Of a DNA stretch of 64,000 nucleotides, positions 30,959-46,777 are shown in pieces. The translations under genes were made by a program, and so were the position numbers. The number at the start of each line of letters is the position of its first letter. Positions within the stretch are counted from its first letter, which is position 1. Origin of the DNA: Malacoraja senta (Eukaryota); contig CM075990.1 in NCBI GenBank assembly GCA_038087875.1, positions 4,094,001 through 4,158,000 of the forward strand, given 5' to 3'. Under the pieces are notes generated by a model. It saw only the letters and a list, made by a program, of their open reading frames with translations, was not told the origin of the DNA and made no database searches.

Positions 30959-31477
30959 GCTGTCTGTAGAGTTTGTAGGTCCCCCCTGTGAACATGTGGG
31001 TTGCTCCGGATTCCTCCCACATTCCAAAGACGTTCAGGTTTGTAAATGAATTGGCTTCTGTGAAGGGTACCTAGTGTGTAGGATAATGCTGGTGTATGGG
31101 TGATTGCTGGTCAGCGCGCACTCGGTGGGCCGAAAAGCCTGTTTGCACGCTGTATCTCTAGAGTCTAAATAGGTTCCATTTACTCCATTACAGGTCTCTC
31201 TTTATGCATCTTGCTTGTTATATCCTCAAAGTAACTCGAGAAAATTCAAACATTTCCCTTTCATAAAAGCACATCGAGCCTGCTCGATTGTCCTGTATTC
31301 CACAGTGCCCTGCTATTTTTCTTCTTTAACAAAGGGTTCCAGCATTTTCCAAATGGCAAACTGACAATTTCTCGCTTTCTATCTCCCCCTCCTCCACAAT
31401 ATTAATATCACATCTGTGGGTTCTAATCTTCTGGGATCTAACCAGATTCCCAGAAATTTTTGGTAGATAAAACACCT

Positions 31478-31768
31478 TTAGAGGTGCAACACGGAAACAG
31501 GCCCTTTGGTCCATGAAGTCTACACTGACCAGTGATCACCATTTGCAGTAACCTGCACACCCTAGGGACAATTTTACAATTTATCGATGCCAATTAACCT
31601 ACAAACCCGTACGTCTGGAGTGTGGGAGGAAACTGGAGCACCCGGAGAAAACCCATGCGGTCACACGGAAAGCGTACAACCTCCGTACAGATAGCACCCG
31701 TAGTTGGGATCGAACCCGGGTTTTTGGCGCTGTAAGGCAGAAACCCTACTGCTGCGCCAGCGTGCTGT
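31478..31768 (-). mobile_element. HE1-like V-SINE
   Basis: A/B boxes, V-domain and tail. Confidence 0.85.
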
Positions 31769-31802
31769 CCCAATCAGTCTATATTTAACATAAAGATGTC
31801 AC

Positions 31803-32345
31803 CTCAAAGATGTCGACTGATTTTGATGTCTTTGTTGGCGGTTTAGTTTTCTCCAGTATCGATGTTCCAAAAAGGTCTTCACCATCTTCCTCTTTGAGGA
31901 AAGCAGCAGGTTTCAGTCTCTTCATGGTTTGTTTACTTGACCGGAAAAGGTCATCGTCACTCGGTGTGAAGATTGATTGGACTGGGTCCTTCTTCGGCAA
32001 GGAGTCCTTTCTGGCCACCGTTGGAGCAGGCAGACCCAGCACCGGGCTGGAACTGAATGAATCGCCTGAACTAATGAGATCAGACTGAGGGTTTACGACG
32101 GTGGCAGAGAGTGGGTCAGCATCATTCTCTGTGGAACTTTTGAACGACAAGGACAATACTGCAGTAGGGGTCTTGTCTGGGCTGGGAGTGTGCGCCGGGA
32201 CCTTCTGTGGAACGCTCTTGGTTACCGAACCCCCGCACGTTTCTGATCTCTGGTCTGTCTCGTCCACCTCCGCAGACTGCTGCGCTGCCAGTCGCCGGGC
32301 CTCTCTCGTTGGTGGCCGACGTCGCCTCGTTACTCGCACACGACT
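31803..32345 (-). CDS. WASHC2: WASHC2 exon: SRVRVTRRRRPPTREARRLAAQQS...SVDIFE
   Basis: ttgcAG acceptor, GTGACA donor, 543 nt; second half of the CPI motif and two LFa motifs. Confidence 0.93.
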
Positions 32346-32920
32346 CTGCAAGAACAGGAGGGGGTTACCAGGAATGTGACCCACAGCAGACAAAGCTCAA
32401 CTGTACTCTTTGTTAGGTAGAGTACAGCAAACACTCGCAATGACGGACCTCTATGCAGTGGATTTCGGTTCTAGTGGACCGAGGCTCCCGTTGCTTCCCC
32501 CCGCTTGCACCAGTTACACAGAGAGCTGGCGCCTCATTGCGAGGGCGAGCGGTTGTGGGAGCGGAGAGAGCAAGCGGCTTGAAGACGGTGTGAGCACCGG
32601 GCCCGTCCTTGGCGTATCGCGTGTGGGGTCGGGGTCTCTGTGGCTCCCCGGCCTGTGAATTCCCACTGGTTTAACCCCCCCACCACCTCAATGCCGCGTT
32701 TCTTTCCCGCCTCCCCCCCCACCCTCACTCGGTGATAGTGGACAATCGGCAATAACAGACACCAGCCCCCGTCCCCCTGGTCTGTTGTTGTGAGGGTTTA
32801 CTGTATATTATACAGGCACCAACACCCTTCATACAAAGTACTGATTGCTCTAATTATTCACACCTATTTAATCTCTGACCTCACCATCAATAATAAGTGT
32901 CATATTTTTATATTTATTAT

Positions 32921-33276
32921 TGTTAACTGTGAAAAAATTAATACTAAAATTTTGGAAAAAACCAGCAGCCCCCACAATTAAAATGTGGATTATGGAAATG
33001 ACTGAGACCTTGCATTTGGAAAAAATAAGATTTGTCTTAATTGACAAACCAGAATTATTTGTTAGAATATGGTCTCCATTTATTGAATTCTTAAAAAAGT
33101 GAATTGGTTTAACACAAAATCAGGGTTGAAACCTGAGTTTGGGATTGGATGAATAGTTCTACTCAACATCTCCTGGATCTATCTCCACAATCTTGTTATT
33201 TGTAATTTCTTTTTTTGTCTTTTTTTCTCTCTATTAGATTATAGTTTCTCTTATAAAAAAATCAAAAAAATATATT
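32921..33276 (+). mobile_element. 5'-truncated L1-clade (fish Swimmer-like) element
   Basis: KKLILKFWKKPAAPTIKMWI...LHLEKIRF...IWSPFIEFL*; A-rich tail; 19 bp TSD ATATTTTTATATTTATTAT at 32902-32920 and 33277-33295. Confidence 0.85.
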
Positions 33277-33387
33277 ATATTTTTATATTTATTATGCTGA
33301 AAGTTACTACTTTTGGCATCTTATGTGTGCAGTTCATAAAATTTGTCTTTGGTTATTGCAAATGGTTTAAATTTCATCTAATCTTAC

Positions 33388-33591
33388 CTTATTAACACTG
33401 CGCAAAGGGTCCACCTGGACTAGTTGATTGAAACTCACACAGACGCCTTCGCCAGTAGCTGATTCGGACGCAGTGGCGAGGTTCCGGGAGAGAGTCGGTG
33501 GAGACGCAGGTGATGCTGTCCCAGGTACAACCCCTTCAAATTTCGGCACTGCTCCCGGCAGGAGGCTGGATGGATTGATGGCGAGGTTTGC
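33388..33591 (-). CDS. WASHC2: WASHC2 exon: ANLAINPSSLLPG...VSFNQLVQVDPLRSVNK
   Basis: TAG acceptor, GTAAGA donor, 204 nt; first half of the CPI motif. Confidence 0.95.
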
Positions 33592-34231
33592 CTACAAAGA
33601 GACAAATAGGATGGAAATTGGGGCCACGATATGAACTCCAAGCTGCAAGTTAGTGGCAAGAAAGGAAATTAGCCTGGCATGAGCACACTGATATCGCTGT
33701 GCAGTTAAAAGCAGACTGAAGTGCTGTTAGTTTTTATGCAGCGAAGATTTGACACCATTTTGATATTCAATAGCAGAGTGTGGAAGCTTGGTTATAAAGC
33801 CCGTGGTCCTTCATGCACCCAGCACTGCAGCATGCTGTTACATTAGTCGGTGAAGGAGTTTACAAAGTTAACCAGTGTTTGCCGCTACTTTGCTGTCAAT
33901 AAAACTTCACACTGTAAGATGTACAAGCCCTCTCAAACCCACATTGGCATTCAACACGCAGTTGGCAAATCATATAATTCGCCCACTTTCCTTTCTTTCC
34001 CCTGATTCTTTCTGTCCTCCAGCACCTCAGCCTTGAATAAACTCAACAATTAACCTCCACACCATTGCGAGGTGTAGAATATCAATGATTCGCAATTTTA
34101 AATTTCCCATCATGATCCAAAACAAATGCCTCCTCATCTGTAGTTTAGAGATACAGAGCAGAGACAGGCCCTTCGGTCCACAGAGTCCGTGCTGACCACA
34201 CCATACACTAACACTATCCTACACACATCAT

Positions 34232-37946
<3,715 letters not shown>

Positions 37947-39190
37947 CTATGTTTCTAATTTATAATTTTTACCAAAGCAAATGAACCTACAAACCTGTAC
38001 GTCTTTGGAGTGTGGGACGAAACAGAGAACCCAGGGAAAACCACGCGGTTGTGGGGAGAACATACAAACTCTGTACAGACAAGCAACCGTAGTCAGGATT
38101 GAACCTGGGTCTCTGGCCCTGTGAGGCAGCAACTCTACCGCTGCGCCACCGTGCTGCCCATCTTGAGGCACTAGTTTTCATTCCCGCTGGAGAAAACCTC
38201 AACCCTTTGGATTCTCTCCTAACAATAGGCAGTTATGCAGACTGGAGAAAACAAGACAAACAAACTTAGGCCAACGATTCAGCATCTCATCTACATTCAA
38301 CACATCTTTGATCCTTGAATACAAAATGACCGTTCTTCCCTCCTCATAATTAATGCTAACAAACTAAAAATCACACAGCCACACTCCTTAGTTGGCAAGG
38401 AAATCACCCAAGGTATCAAGCCAGACTCAATGATCGGGACTGGTTCCCTAAAGCAGCAGGAGACAGGTGGGCCTTGACGTGGCAGCGGTTTGGGTTAAGT
38501 GCAGGTAATGGGATCAGGCATTTTGAGTAACAGGGAACCAATAATGGGTCACAATTACAAAGTGGGCTACATTGGATGGGCAAGAATAGTATTCGGCGAG
38601 CAACAAAACCAACCAACTTGGCAAATTGGTAGAGTTGCTGTCTTACAGGCCAGAGACCCGGGTTCACTCCTGACCACGGGTGCCGTCTCTGCGGTGTTTG
38701 TTCATTCTTCATGTAACTACGTGGGTTTTCACTGTGTGTTCTAGCTTCCTCCGACATCCCAAAGATGTACAGGTTTGTGGGTTAATTGGATAGTGCAAGA
38801 ATTTCCCCTGGTTGTGTAAGATAAAAGCAGGGTAGGAGTGATCGCTGGTCGGCACGGACTCTGTGGGCCGAAGATCTTGTTTCCAGCTGTAAAATTAAAC
38901 TTCTCTTCAATCACGCTAGCAGAGCTACCTAGGAGATCACACAAGAAGTCACTGGGGGAGATATTCAAGAGGAACCTTGCTTATCCCAGCAGAATCCCTG
39001 GAGGAACTACGTTTCTCTCAGCTGCTGTTGCTGCAAGCGCAGTGACACCTGTCTGCAAGCTCTTGACAAATACCGATCAGCGCCAACAGGAGGCATCGCT
39101 GAGACAAAGAAGAGATTGCAGAGAGCAGAAGTGTCCAAAGTGACACAGAAGAGTTTCATTAATCTTGGAAATAAGTTACAAAAACGTTAC

Positions 39191-39253
39191 TTGGAGTTTT
39201 CCAATCCGAGAGGAAGGTCCTTTAGTTTTAGTGGGACCCGTATTGGCGAGTCT
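39191..39253 (-). CDS. WASHC2: WASHC2 exon: RLANTGPTKTKGPSSRIGKLQ
   Basis: ccacAG acceptor, GTAACG donor, 63 nt; matches the recalled FAM21 KTKEPSTRIGKIQ. Confidence 0.9.
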
Positions 39254-40089
39254 CTGTGGAGGGAGGGGGAAAAAATCAGGGAATGATGAGAGAGCAAAAT
39301 ATAGTTTCCCAATACAGGATCACACTTATGTCCCTTTCTCAAACTTCATTGAGACACAAGAGACTGCAGATGCTGCTGCAATCTTGAGCAATAAACAAAC
39401 TGCTGGAAGAACTCAGTGAGTCAGACAGATCTGCACATTCATTCTGCTCGCATTTCGTTAAATTACCTCATTGTCACCTTATCTGCTTTAGGCAATCTAC
39501 AAACTTTCCAAAGTTTCCAAAGTTTCTTGAGATATTAAAGATATAATGCGGAAACAGGCCCTTCGGCCCAAGTCCGCGCCAACCAACGATCACCCCCGTA
39601 CACAAGCACCAACCTTATCCAACGCACTAGGGACAATTTACAATTTTTACCAAAGTCAATTAACCTACAAACCTGTACGACTTTGGGATGTGGGAGTAAA
39701 CCGGAGCACCCGGAGAAAACCCACACGGTCACAGGGAGAATGTTCAAATTCCATACAGACAGCACGTGTAGTCAGGGTGGAACCTGGATTTCTGGCACTG
39801 TCAGGAAGCAGCTTGACCGCTGCATCACTGTGTGGCCCCACTCTGTCTCTGCTGGAGGAACAGATCTCAGGGACTCTGATAAGGGATTCTGATATTCTCA
39901 ATAAGGAAGACAACATGTTGTGCCTCATTCCTGTTCCCCAACCCATTCTGCTTTGGAAATTGACATCCCATCCCTGATTTCTGACCCAAGGCATGAACTG
40001 TTTTTTCTTTCCACAGATGCTGCCTGAGTGGCCGAGTTCTTCCAGTACTTCCGCTTTTGTTTCATATGTTTGGAAACACCAATGCTTAC

Positions 40090-40194
40090 CGTGTGTGTCA
40101 CGGGTGGCTTCTTAGATACAGCATCGAAGAGATCGTCATCTCCTTTGTCTTCAAAGATATTGGATAAGGATGGAGGTGATTTGGCAGACGATGG
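40090..40194 (-). CDS. WASHC2: WASHC2 exon: PSSAKSPPSLSNIFEDKGDDDLFDAVSKKPPVTHT
   Basis: TAG acceptor, GTAAGC donor, 105 nt, LFa motif. Confidence 0.88.
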
Positions 40195-40299
40195 CTACAA
40201 GTAAAATTAAAAATTAAAGCTTTAAGTCTGTTTTCTTACTCTATAACTCCAATGAAATATGAATTACAATGATTTAAAAATACTAAATTGAAAAACGAG

Positions 40300-40592
40300 T
40301 GCAGCACAGTGGCACAGCGGAGAATCGCTGCCTCACAGCACCAGAGACCCGGGTTCGATCCTTACTACGGGTGCTGTCTGAGTAATTTGTACGTTCTCCC
40401 TGTGACCGCGTGGGTTTTTTACGGGTACTCCGATTTCCTCCCACACCCCAAAGACGTACAGGTTGGCATGTTAATCGGTTTCTGTAAATTTCCCCTATTG
40501 TGTAGAATGTAAATGTGGGATAACATAGAACTAGTGCACTGGGGATTGGTGGTTGGCATGGACTCGGTGGGCCGAATGGCCTGTGTCCACGC
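40300..40592 (+). mobile_element. HE1-like V-SINE whose tail received the Tc1 insertion
   Basis: A box TGGCACAGCGG, B box GGTTCGATCC; tail resumes after 42212. Confidence 0.88.
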
Positions 40593-40594
40593 TA

Positions 40595-42210
40595 CAGTGG
40601 CTTGCAAAAGTTTTCATACCCCTTGAACTTTTCCATATTTTGTCACGTTACAACCACAAACATAAATGTATTTTATTGGGATTTTATGTGATAGACCAAC
40701 ACAAAGTGGTGCATAATTGTGAAGTGGAAGGAAAATGATACGTGGTTTTCAAATTTTTTTACGAATAAAAAACTGAAAAGTGTCGCGTGCAAAAGTATTC
40801 AGCCCCCCTGAGTCAATACTTTGTAGAACCACCTTTTGCTGCAATTACAGCTGCAAGTCTTTTGGGGTATGTCTCTACCAGCTTTGCACATCTAGAGACT
40901 GAAATTTTTGCCCATTCTTCTTTGCAAAATAGCTCAAGCTCAGTCAGATTGGATGGAGAGTGTCTGTGAACAGCAATTTTCAAGTCTTGCCAGAGATTCT
41001 CAATTGGATTTAGGTCTGGACTTTGACTGGGCCATTCTAACACATGAATATGCTTTGATCTAAACCATTCCATTGTAGCTCTGGCTGTATGTTTAGGGTC
41101 ATTGTCCTGCTGGAAGGTGAACCTCCGCCCCAGTCTCAAGTCTTTTGCAGACTCTAACAGGTTTTCTTCCAAGATTGCCCTGTATTTGGCTCCATCCATC
41201 TTCCCATCAACTCTGACCAGCTTCCCTGTCCCTGCTGAAGAAAAGCATCCCCACAGCATGATGCTGCCACCACCATGTTTCACAGTGGGGATGGTGTGTT
41301 CAGGGTGATGTGCAGTGTTAGGTTTCCGCCACACATAGCGTTTTGCATTTAGGCCCAAAACCTCAATTTTGGTCTCATCTGACCAGAGCACCTTCCTCCA
41401 CATGTTTGCTGTGTCCCCCACATGGCTTGTGGCAAACTGCAAACGGGACTTCTTATGGCTTTTTTTCAACAATGGCTTTCTTCTTGCCACTCTTCCATAA
41501 AGGCCTGATTTGTGGAGTGCACGACTAATAGTTGTCCTGTGGACAGATTCTCCCACCTGAGCTGTGGATCTCTGCAGCTCCTCCAGAGTTACCATGGGCC
41601 TCTTGGCTGCTTCTCTGATCAATGCTCTCCTTGCCCGGCCTGTCAGTTTAGGTGGACGGCCATGTCTTGGTAGGTTTGCAGTTGTGCCATACTCTTTCCA
41701 TTTTCGGATGATGGATTGAACAGTGCTCCGTGAGATGTTCAAAGCTTGGGATATTTGTTTATAACCTAACCCTGCTTTAAACTTCTCCACAACTTTATCC
41801 CTGACCTGTCTGGTGTGTTCCTTGGGCTTCATGATGCTGTTTGTTCACTAATGTTCTCTAACAAACCTCTGAGGCCTTCACAGAACAGCTGTATTTATAC
41901 TGAGATTAGATTACACACAAGTGGACTCTATTTACTAATTAGGTGACTTCTGAAGGCAATTGGTTGCACTGGATTATTTAGGGGTATCAGAGTAAAGGGG
42001 GCTGAATACTTTTGCACGTGACACTTTTCAGTCATTTTATTTGTAAAAAAATTTGAAAACCATGTATCATTTTCCTTCCACTTCACAATTATGCGCCACT
42101 TTGTGTTGGTCTATCACATAAAATCCCAATAAAATAGATTTACGTTTGTGGTTGTAACGTGACAAAATGTGGAAAAGTTCAAGCGGTATGAATACTTTTG
42201 CAAGCCACTG
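40595..42210 (-). mobile_element. Full-length Tc1/mariner DNA transposon, Passport/Eagle/Glan-like
   Basis: TA duplication at 40593-94 and 42211-12; ~213 bp terminal inverted repeats starting CAGTGGCTTGCAAAAGT with an inner repeat TGCAAAAGTATTCA; 1616 bp; inserted in a SINE tail. Confidence 0.96.
40813..41832 (-). CDS. Tc1 transposase, 339 aa, DD34E, uninterrupted ORF
   Basis: Paired-like HTH, GRPPK, WSDETK, QQDNDPKH and SPDLNPIE motifs; 34 residues between the second D and E. Confidence 0.96.
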   Translation of the reverse strand: MKPKEHTRQVRDKVVEKFKAGLGYKQISQALNISRSTVQSIIRKWKEYGTTANLPRHGRPPKLTGRARRALIREAAKRPMVTLEELQRSTAQVGESVHRTTISRALHKSGLYGRVARRKPLLKKSHKKSRLQFATSHVGDTANMWRKVLWSDETKIEVLGLNAKRYVWRKPNTAHHPEHTIPTVKHGGGSIMLWGCFSSAGTGKLVRVDGKMDGAKYRAILEENLLESAKDLRLGRRFTFQQDNDPKHTARATMEWFRSKHIHVLEWPSQSPDLNPIENLWQDLKIAVHRHSPSNLTELELFCKEEWAKISVSRCAKLVETYPKRLAAVIAAKGGSTKY

Positions 42211-42291
42211 TATATCTCGAAACATATACATGGCAATCAACTCTTAGTTCATTCATGTGGACACATATAGATTTTGTCTAAAAGACATTAT

Positions 42292-42732
42292 CTTGCTGGT
42301 CTGGAAATCTACCACTCCTCCATTTGCTGCTGCTTGGCTGGAAGACGTCATGGGGTTTTTTAAGGCTAGAAAAGATTAAATTCACATTGAGGGGGTCTGT
42401 GAAAAAGTTTTATTTGAAATGGGAACCCTTTTTATCATACTTTGAGGGTCTAAAGGAACTACCTATTGACTGAGGGCACTTGACAGTAAGTGGGAGCCGC
42501 CTTTATTCTGTTTTGTTACTTTATTATTGTTAAAATGTGCATTTGTATTTGTGATATATTTGTATTGTGAAAACATTAGCTGCCAAGGGGTGTTTCGGGA
42601 GGGTGGGTAAGGGTTATTTTATTTTATTTTGTTATTATATATAAAAACACAAAATGGAGGGAAATGTAATGCAATACGTCAGATGTACTGTCATTTTTTT
42701 TCCTTCTCCTCCAATAAAAATAAATTAAATAT
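42292..42732 (+). mobile_element. 5'-truncated L1-clade element
   Basis: LLVWKSTTPP...WLEDVMG/FLRLEKIKFTLRGSVKKFYLKWEPFL (one frameshift); AATAAA tail; TSD AAAAGACATTAT at 42280-42291 and 42733-42744. Confidence 0.85.
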
Positions 42733-43476
42733 AAAAGACATTATATATATATATATATATAAAACGATCTTGTCAGGAAAAACACAAAAGGCATCTTCCT
42801 TTTAGTCCCATCGGTTGTTCTGACAATCACAGAGACAGTGTAAGAGACCTGGGTCTCTTGCACCAGCTGCAGCACTGTGCAACCCTTAAATTGATGGGAA
42901 GAAGGGCATGAGAATAATAGTTTAGACTGTCTGGCTCCCTATGTGACAAATATGAAAGAGAATACAAAGTTGAACGAGATGTCATAAAAGGAGCTGGGGA
43001 GAAAAATGTAGACCAGAGAGCAGCAGAGGGATTGGTCCCATTTTAAATGCTGGGGGAGGAGGGGAGGGGAATGTGGCTGGTGGTGGAATCTTGTGGACAC
43101 AGGCAGAAGTTGCAACAGATAAAGCGACTGAATAATGTGGAGGTTGGTGGATTGGGGATGAAGGGAAGACTATCCTTGAGAGAGAGAGAGAGAACAGAGA
43201 TGTGATGTTGTCAAGGGATCTGTCAACTCTGGTAGAGGGAGCTTAGATGCGAGACGTTACAGACTTTCCACAGACGCTGTCTGATGCCAAGTGTTTTCAG
43301 CGCCTTCTATAAACTAATTTTATTGCTGTTTGTCTTTGGCTGGCCAGTACCACAGCTGGGAATAAGCCTGACAAAGCTTCCATTTTTTCCTTTGTCCCAA
43401 CATAGATTCAAACACTTGCATATCCAACATTGAATACTTTACTTTCCAATCGTTTCGCTTCCCTCTTTGTTAATAC

Positions 43477-43596
43477 CTTGGTGCTGCTAAACAAGTTGTC
43501 AGTTGTATCGAAGAGGTCGTGGCTGGGATGCTCCACTGCCTTGGCACGAGGTGACAGTGGAGGGTTAACAGGAAGATTCACGTCTGTCTTTTTAAC
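43477..43596 (-). CDS. WASHC2: WASHC2 exon: VKKTDVNLPVNPPLSPRAKAVEHPSHDLFDTTDNLFSSTK
   Basis: ttgcAG acceptor, AAG|GTATTA donor, 120 nt; an alternative in-frame donor exists at 43437. Confidence 0.8.
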
Positions 43597-45933
43597 CTGC
43601 AACACAAGCACAGGGTCAAGAGGCACGAACGGAGCCTTTTATATTTTTGCTTTTCATTCTATTATTTGTAAACCCTCGGTAAGCTATAACCCGATCGCTC
43701 ACACAAACATTTTACAGCATGTTCACAATTTGATAAACTAACAGAAGTGATACAAAGAGCACTACGTCAACATTTTGGGTGCCGAATTCACAAGTTGGTT
43801 GGGGGTCGAGAGAATGTGAACAAACTGGAAAGGATGCAGGGAAGATTTACGAGGCTGTTGCCAGGACTCAAGGGCCTGAGCTATAGAGAGCAGTTGAGCA
43901 GGCTAGTGTAGAAGGGGTATGTTGGTTGGTGTGGGAAAGTTGGGCCAAAGGGCCTGTACCCACACTGTATGACTGACTCCATGACTTCATAAGAGAATGT
44001 AAACAGACCTTAAATGGTTTTATGGTGTCCAAGGTCACCTGGCAGCTCCGTCAAGATGGTAACACAAGAGACTGCAGATGCTGGAACCTGAAGCTGCAGA
44101 CAATCTGCAGGAAGAGCTCGGCAGCTCGAGCAACATCTGAAAGGAATGGCCAATGTTTTGGGTTGAAGCTAACCGCCCTGATGAAGGGTTGGGACTCAAA
44201 GCGCTGCCCATTCCACTCCACCCGTAGATTTTGCTCGACTCACTGAATTTGTCCAGTCTATCGGTTGTTGTTACTTTTGCATGGCATCAGGCTATGAATC
44301 GGTAGTGGTCCTAGGGTAGTTTATCAGAGATGGAATTCGGTTGGGAAGAGCAAAGACTGATGGCGATCACTGTGACCACATGTTGAGCTGGGAACAGAAC
44401 CTCTTCTCCTTCAAGCTCCACGTTCAGACACATATTTAAGTTGGCAATGCATCTTTTCATGGGAACTTTCAGGGAACAGCAGCATGTACACCCAGTTATC
44501 CTTAATCCAGCTGGATCACATGTAACTACTTTCAGGACAGGCATTAGAGGAAATGAGACTCAGACAGGCAAGAGGCCCAGTTTGCATTTGATGCAAACAC
44601 AAATCCTGGCATTAATGGAGCTTTCTTCACACTGATGGGCAGTGTTCTACTGGCATTCAACAGGTTCATTCACACGGCCCATCACATTGGGTGCTTATGT
44701 CCAAAAATAAAGCCAGGAAGTCAACAAATGCCCAAATTCCGGCTGCTGCATTCCTCCAGATTTCATTATAGCCTCTACAAAAATATACATCTGAGTTTAA
44801 GAAATGCTGCAAACACACTGGTAGGGTGTCCAATTGGCGGCATTTACATTCCAAGTTCCCGAAGGTGTATGCAAAAGTTAAGGTTTTGATAGCTCGTTCA
44901 TATCCTTGGCATCAGGACAGCCGCATGCTCCAATCCACCCTTCCTAACGAAGTGCGTAACTGGTTAAGAATCATAGAGTCATAGAGTGATACAGTGTGCA
45001 AACAGGCCCTTCGGCCCAACTTACAACACCGGTCAACATGTCCCACCGGCTACACTAGTCCCATCTGCCTGCGCTTGGTCCTTATCCCTCCAAACATGCC
45101 CGATCCATGTACCTGTCTAACAGTTTCTTAAACTTTGGGATAGTTCCAGCCTCAACCACCTCCTCTGGCAGCTTGTTCCCTACACCCGCCACCCTTTGTG
45201 TGAAACAGTTACCCCCCAGGTTTACAGGACCTTGGGATGTCTTTCATTCGTGGGGATGTTTATTTTTCTTCCTTTCAAGTTGCTCTCCTACTGGAGTGGC
45301 AAGCGCAGTCAGGCACCCGGGGGCAGGGAGGCCGAGCGATGGCCAGAGGCGAGGGAGGGACGGCGTCTCCACGGGCCGATGCTGACGAGGTTTCAGAGTG
45401 ATCGAGGCGGTGGAGTGGGCTGCTGGAGGTTACGAAGCAGCCTGGGCCTTCATCAGGTTGGACGCCGCCCCCAAGTGGCCGAATGTATCGATCGGACACG
45501 GCCTGAAGTGGCACGGAACGGCGGATCAGCGGGAGAGGACATCGACACATCACCTTGCCGGACAACCCCCTGTAACTCCAACTCAGTGCCACCGCTAGGA
45601 CAACAGGCTTTTAAGGCCAAATTAAGACTAACATTGAAAAAAAACTCTGGGCTTGAAGAGTACAAGAAGGTTAATTGGCTTTGGTAAAACTGTAAATTGC
45701 CCCTAGTGTGTAGGATGGTGCTACTGCACGGAGTGATCACTGGTTGGTGTGGACCAAGTGGGTGGATGGCCACACTGTATTACAGTTTCCACACTGTGTT
45801 TCTAAACTAAACTTAAACTGTAGGAAAGTCCCTACATTATAAATACAACGCACTTGTTCTCGGTGATAGCTAATACTGGCACTGTTCTTGGTGATAGCTA
45901 ATAGACATCAACACCAATGGAGTTCAGACTAAC

Positions 45934-46053
45934 CTCAGGTTTTCGAGCATCTGCGAAGAGGTCAACATCTGGGTCATTGTCCTTCTGCTGGTGGTGACTG
46001 AAGAGCAACTCCTCATCCTGAAACACTCTGGTACTTGTACCGCTCTCAGCAAG
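45934..46053 (-). CDS. WASHC2: WASHC2 exon: [40 protein letters not shown]
   Basis: Highly conserved FAM21 block; ctgcAG acceptor, GTTAGT donor, 120 nt. Confidence 0.95.
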
Positions 46054-46361
46054 CTGCAGAAAAGAAACCATAGACAATAGGTGCAGGAGTAGGCCATTCG
46101 GCCCTTCGTGTCAGCCATGCAATGTGATCATGGATGATCATCCACAATCAGTACCCCGTTCCTGCCTTCTCCTCACATCCCTTGATTCCTCTGGCCCCAA
46201 GAGCTCTATCGAACTCTTCTTTGAATGCATCCAGTGAATCGGACTTCACTGCCTTCTGAGGCAGAGAATTCCACATATTCACAACTCTGAGTGAAAAGGA
46301 CAGTTCCCAATTGTGAAACGCCATTTCTGGACATGAGCGAGGAACCCGTTCTGCGGTTTAC

Positions 46362-46538
46362 CTTTTCGTCGCGATCTTGATTGCCCGGGTCAATTGTGAC
46401 CTCCAGGCTCTCGTCTTCCTCACCCTCAAACAGACTGACCACCGATTTACGATTGCTCTGCAGTTCCTCCTGCAGAGCAGGGGGGCTTGGTTGAGACGGG
46501 ACGTCATCTCCCTGGGAAGTTACACCATTTGAGTTCAA
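46362..46538 (-). CDS. WASHC2: WASHC2 exon: LNSNGVTSQG...VVSLFEGEEDESLEVTIDPGNQDRDEK
   Basis: ttccAG acceptor, GTAAAC donor, 177 nt. Confidence 0.88.
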
Positions 46539-46576
46539 CTGGAAAGAACAAAAGAAGTGAAGTTTATTGTGGTGGT

Positions 46577-46777
46577 AGACAAAAAATGCTGGAGCAACTC
46601 AGCGGGACAGGCAGCATCTCTGGCAAGAAGGAATGGGTGAGGTTTCGGGCCGAGACCCATCCAGAGATTCAGGATCTCGAAGAAAGGTGTCGACCCGAAA
46701 CGTCACCCATTCCTTCTCTCCAGAGACGCTTCCTGTCCGGCTGAGTTACTCCAGCATCTGCAGTTCTTTCCTACACA
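46577..46777 (+). mobile_element. Penelope-derived fold-back element
   Basis: 14 bp TSD TTTATTGTGGTGGT at 46563-46576 and 46778-46791. Confidence 0.87.

Noticed and set aside
38975..39100. GC-richer segment with a minus-strand acceptor-like site
   Set aside because: The flanking exons already join as the conserved RIGKLQ|ANLAINP and the translation shows no FAM21 features.
42292..42367. Apparent extra WASHC2 exon with a good minus-strand acceptor
   Set aside because: Immediate stop in phase 0, no GT donor in the needed place, and the sequence is the antisense of an L1 fragment with its own TSD.
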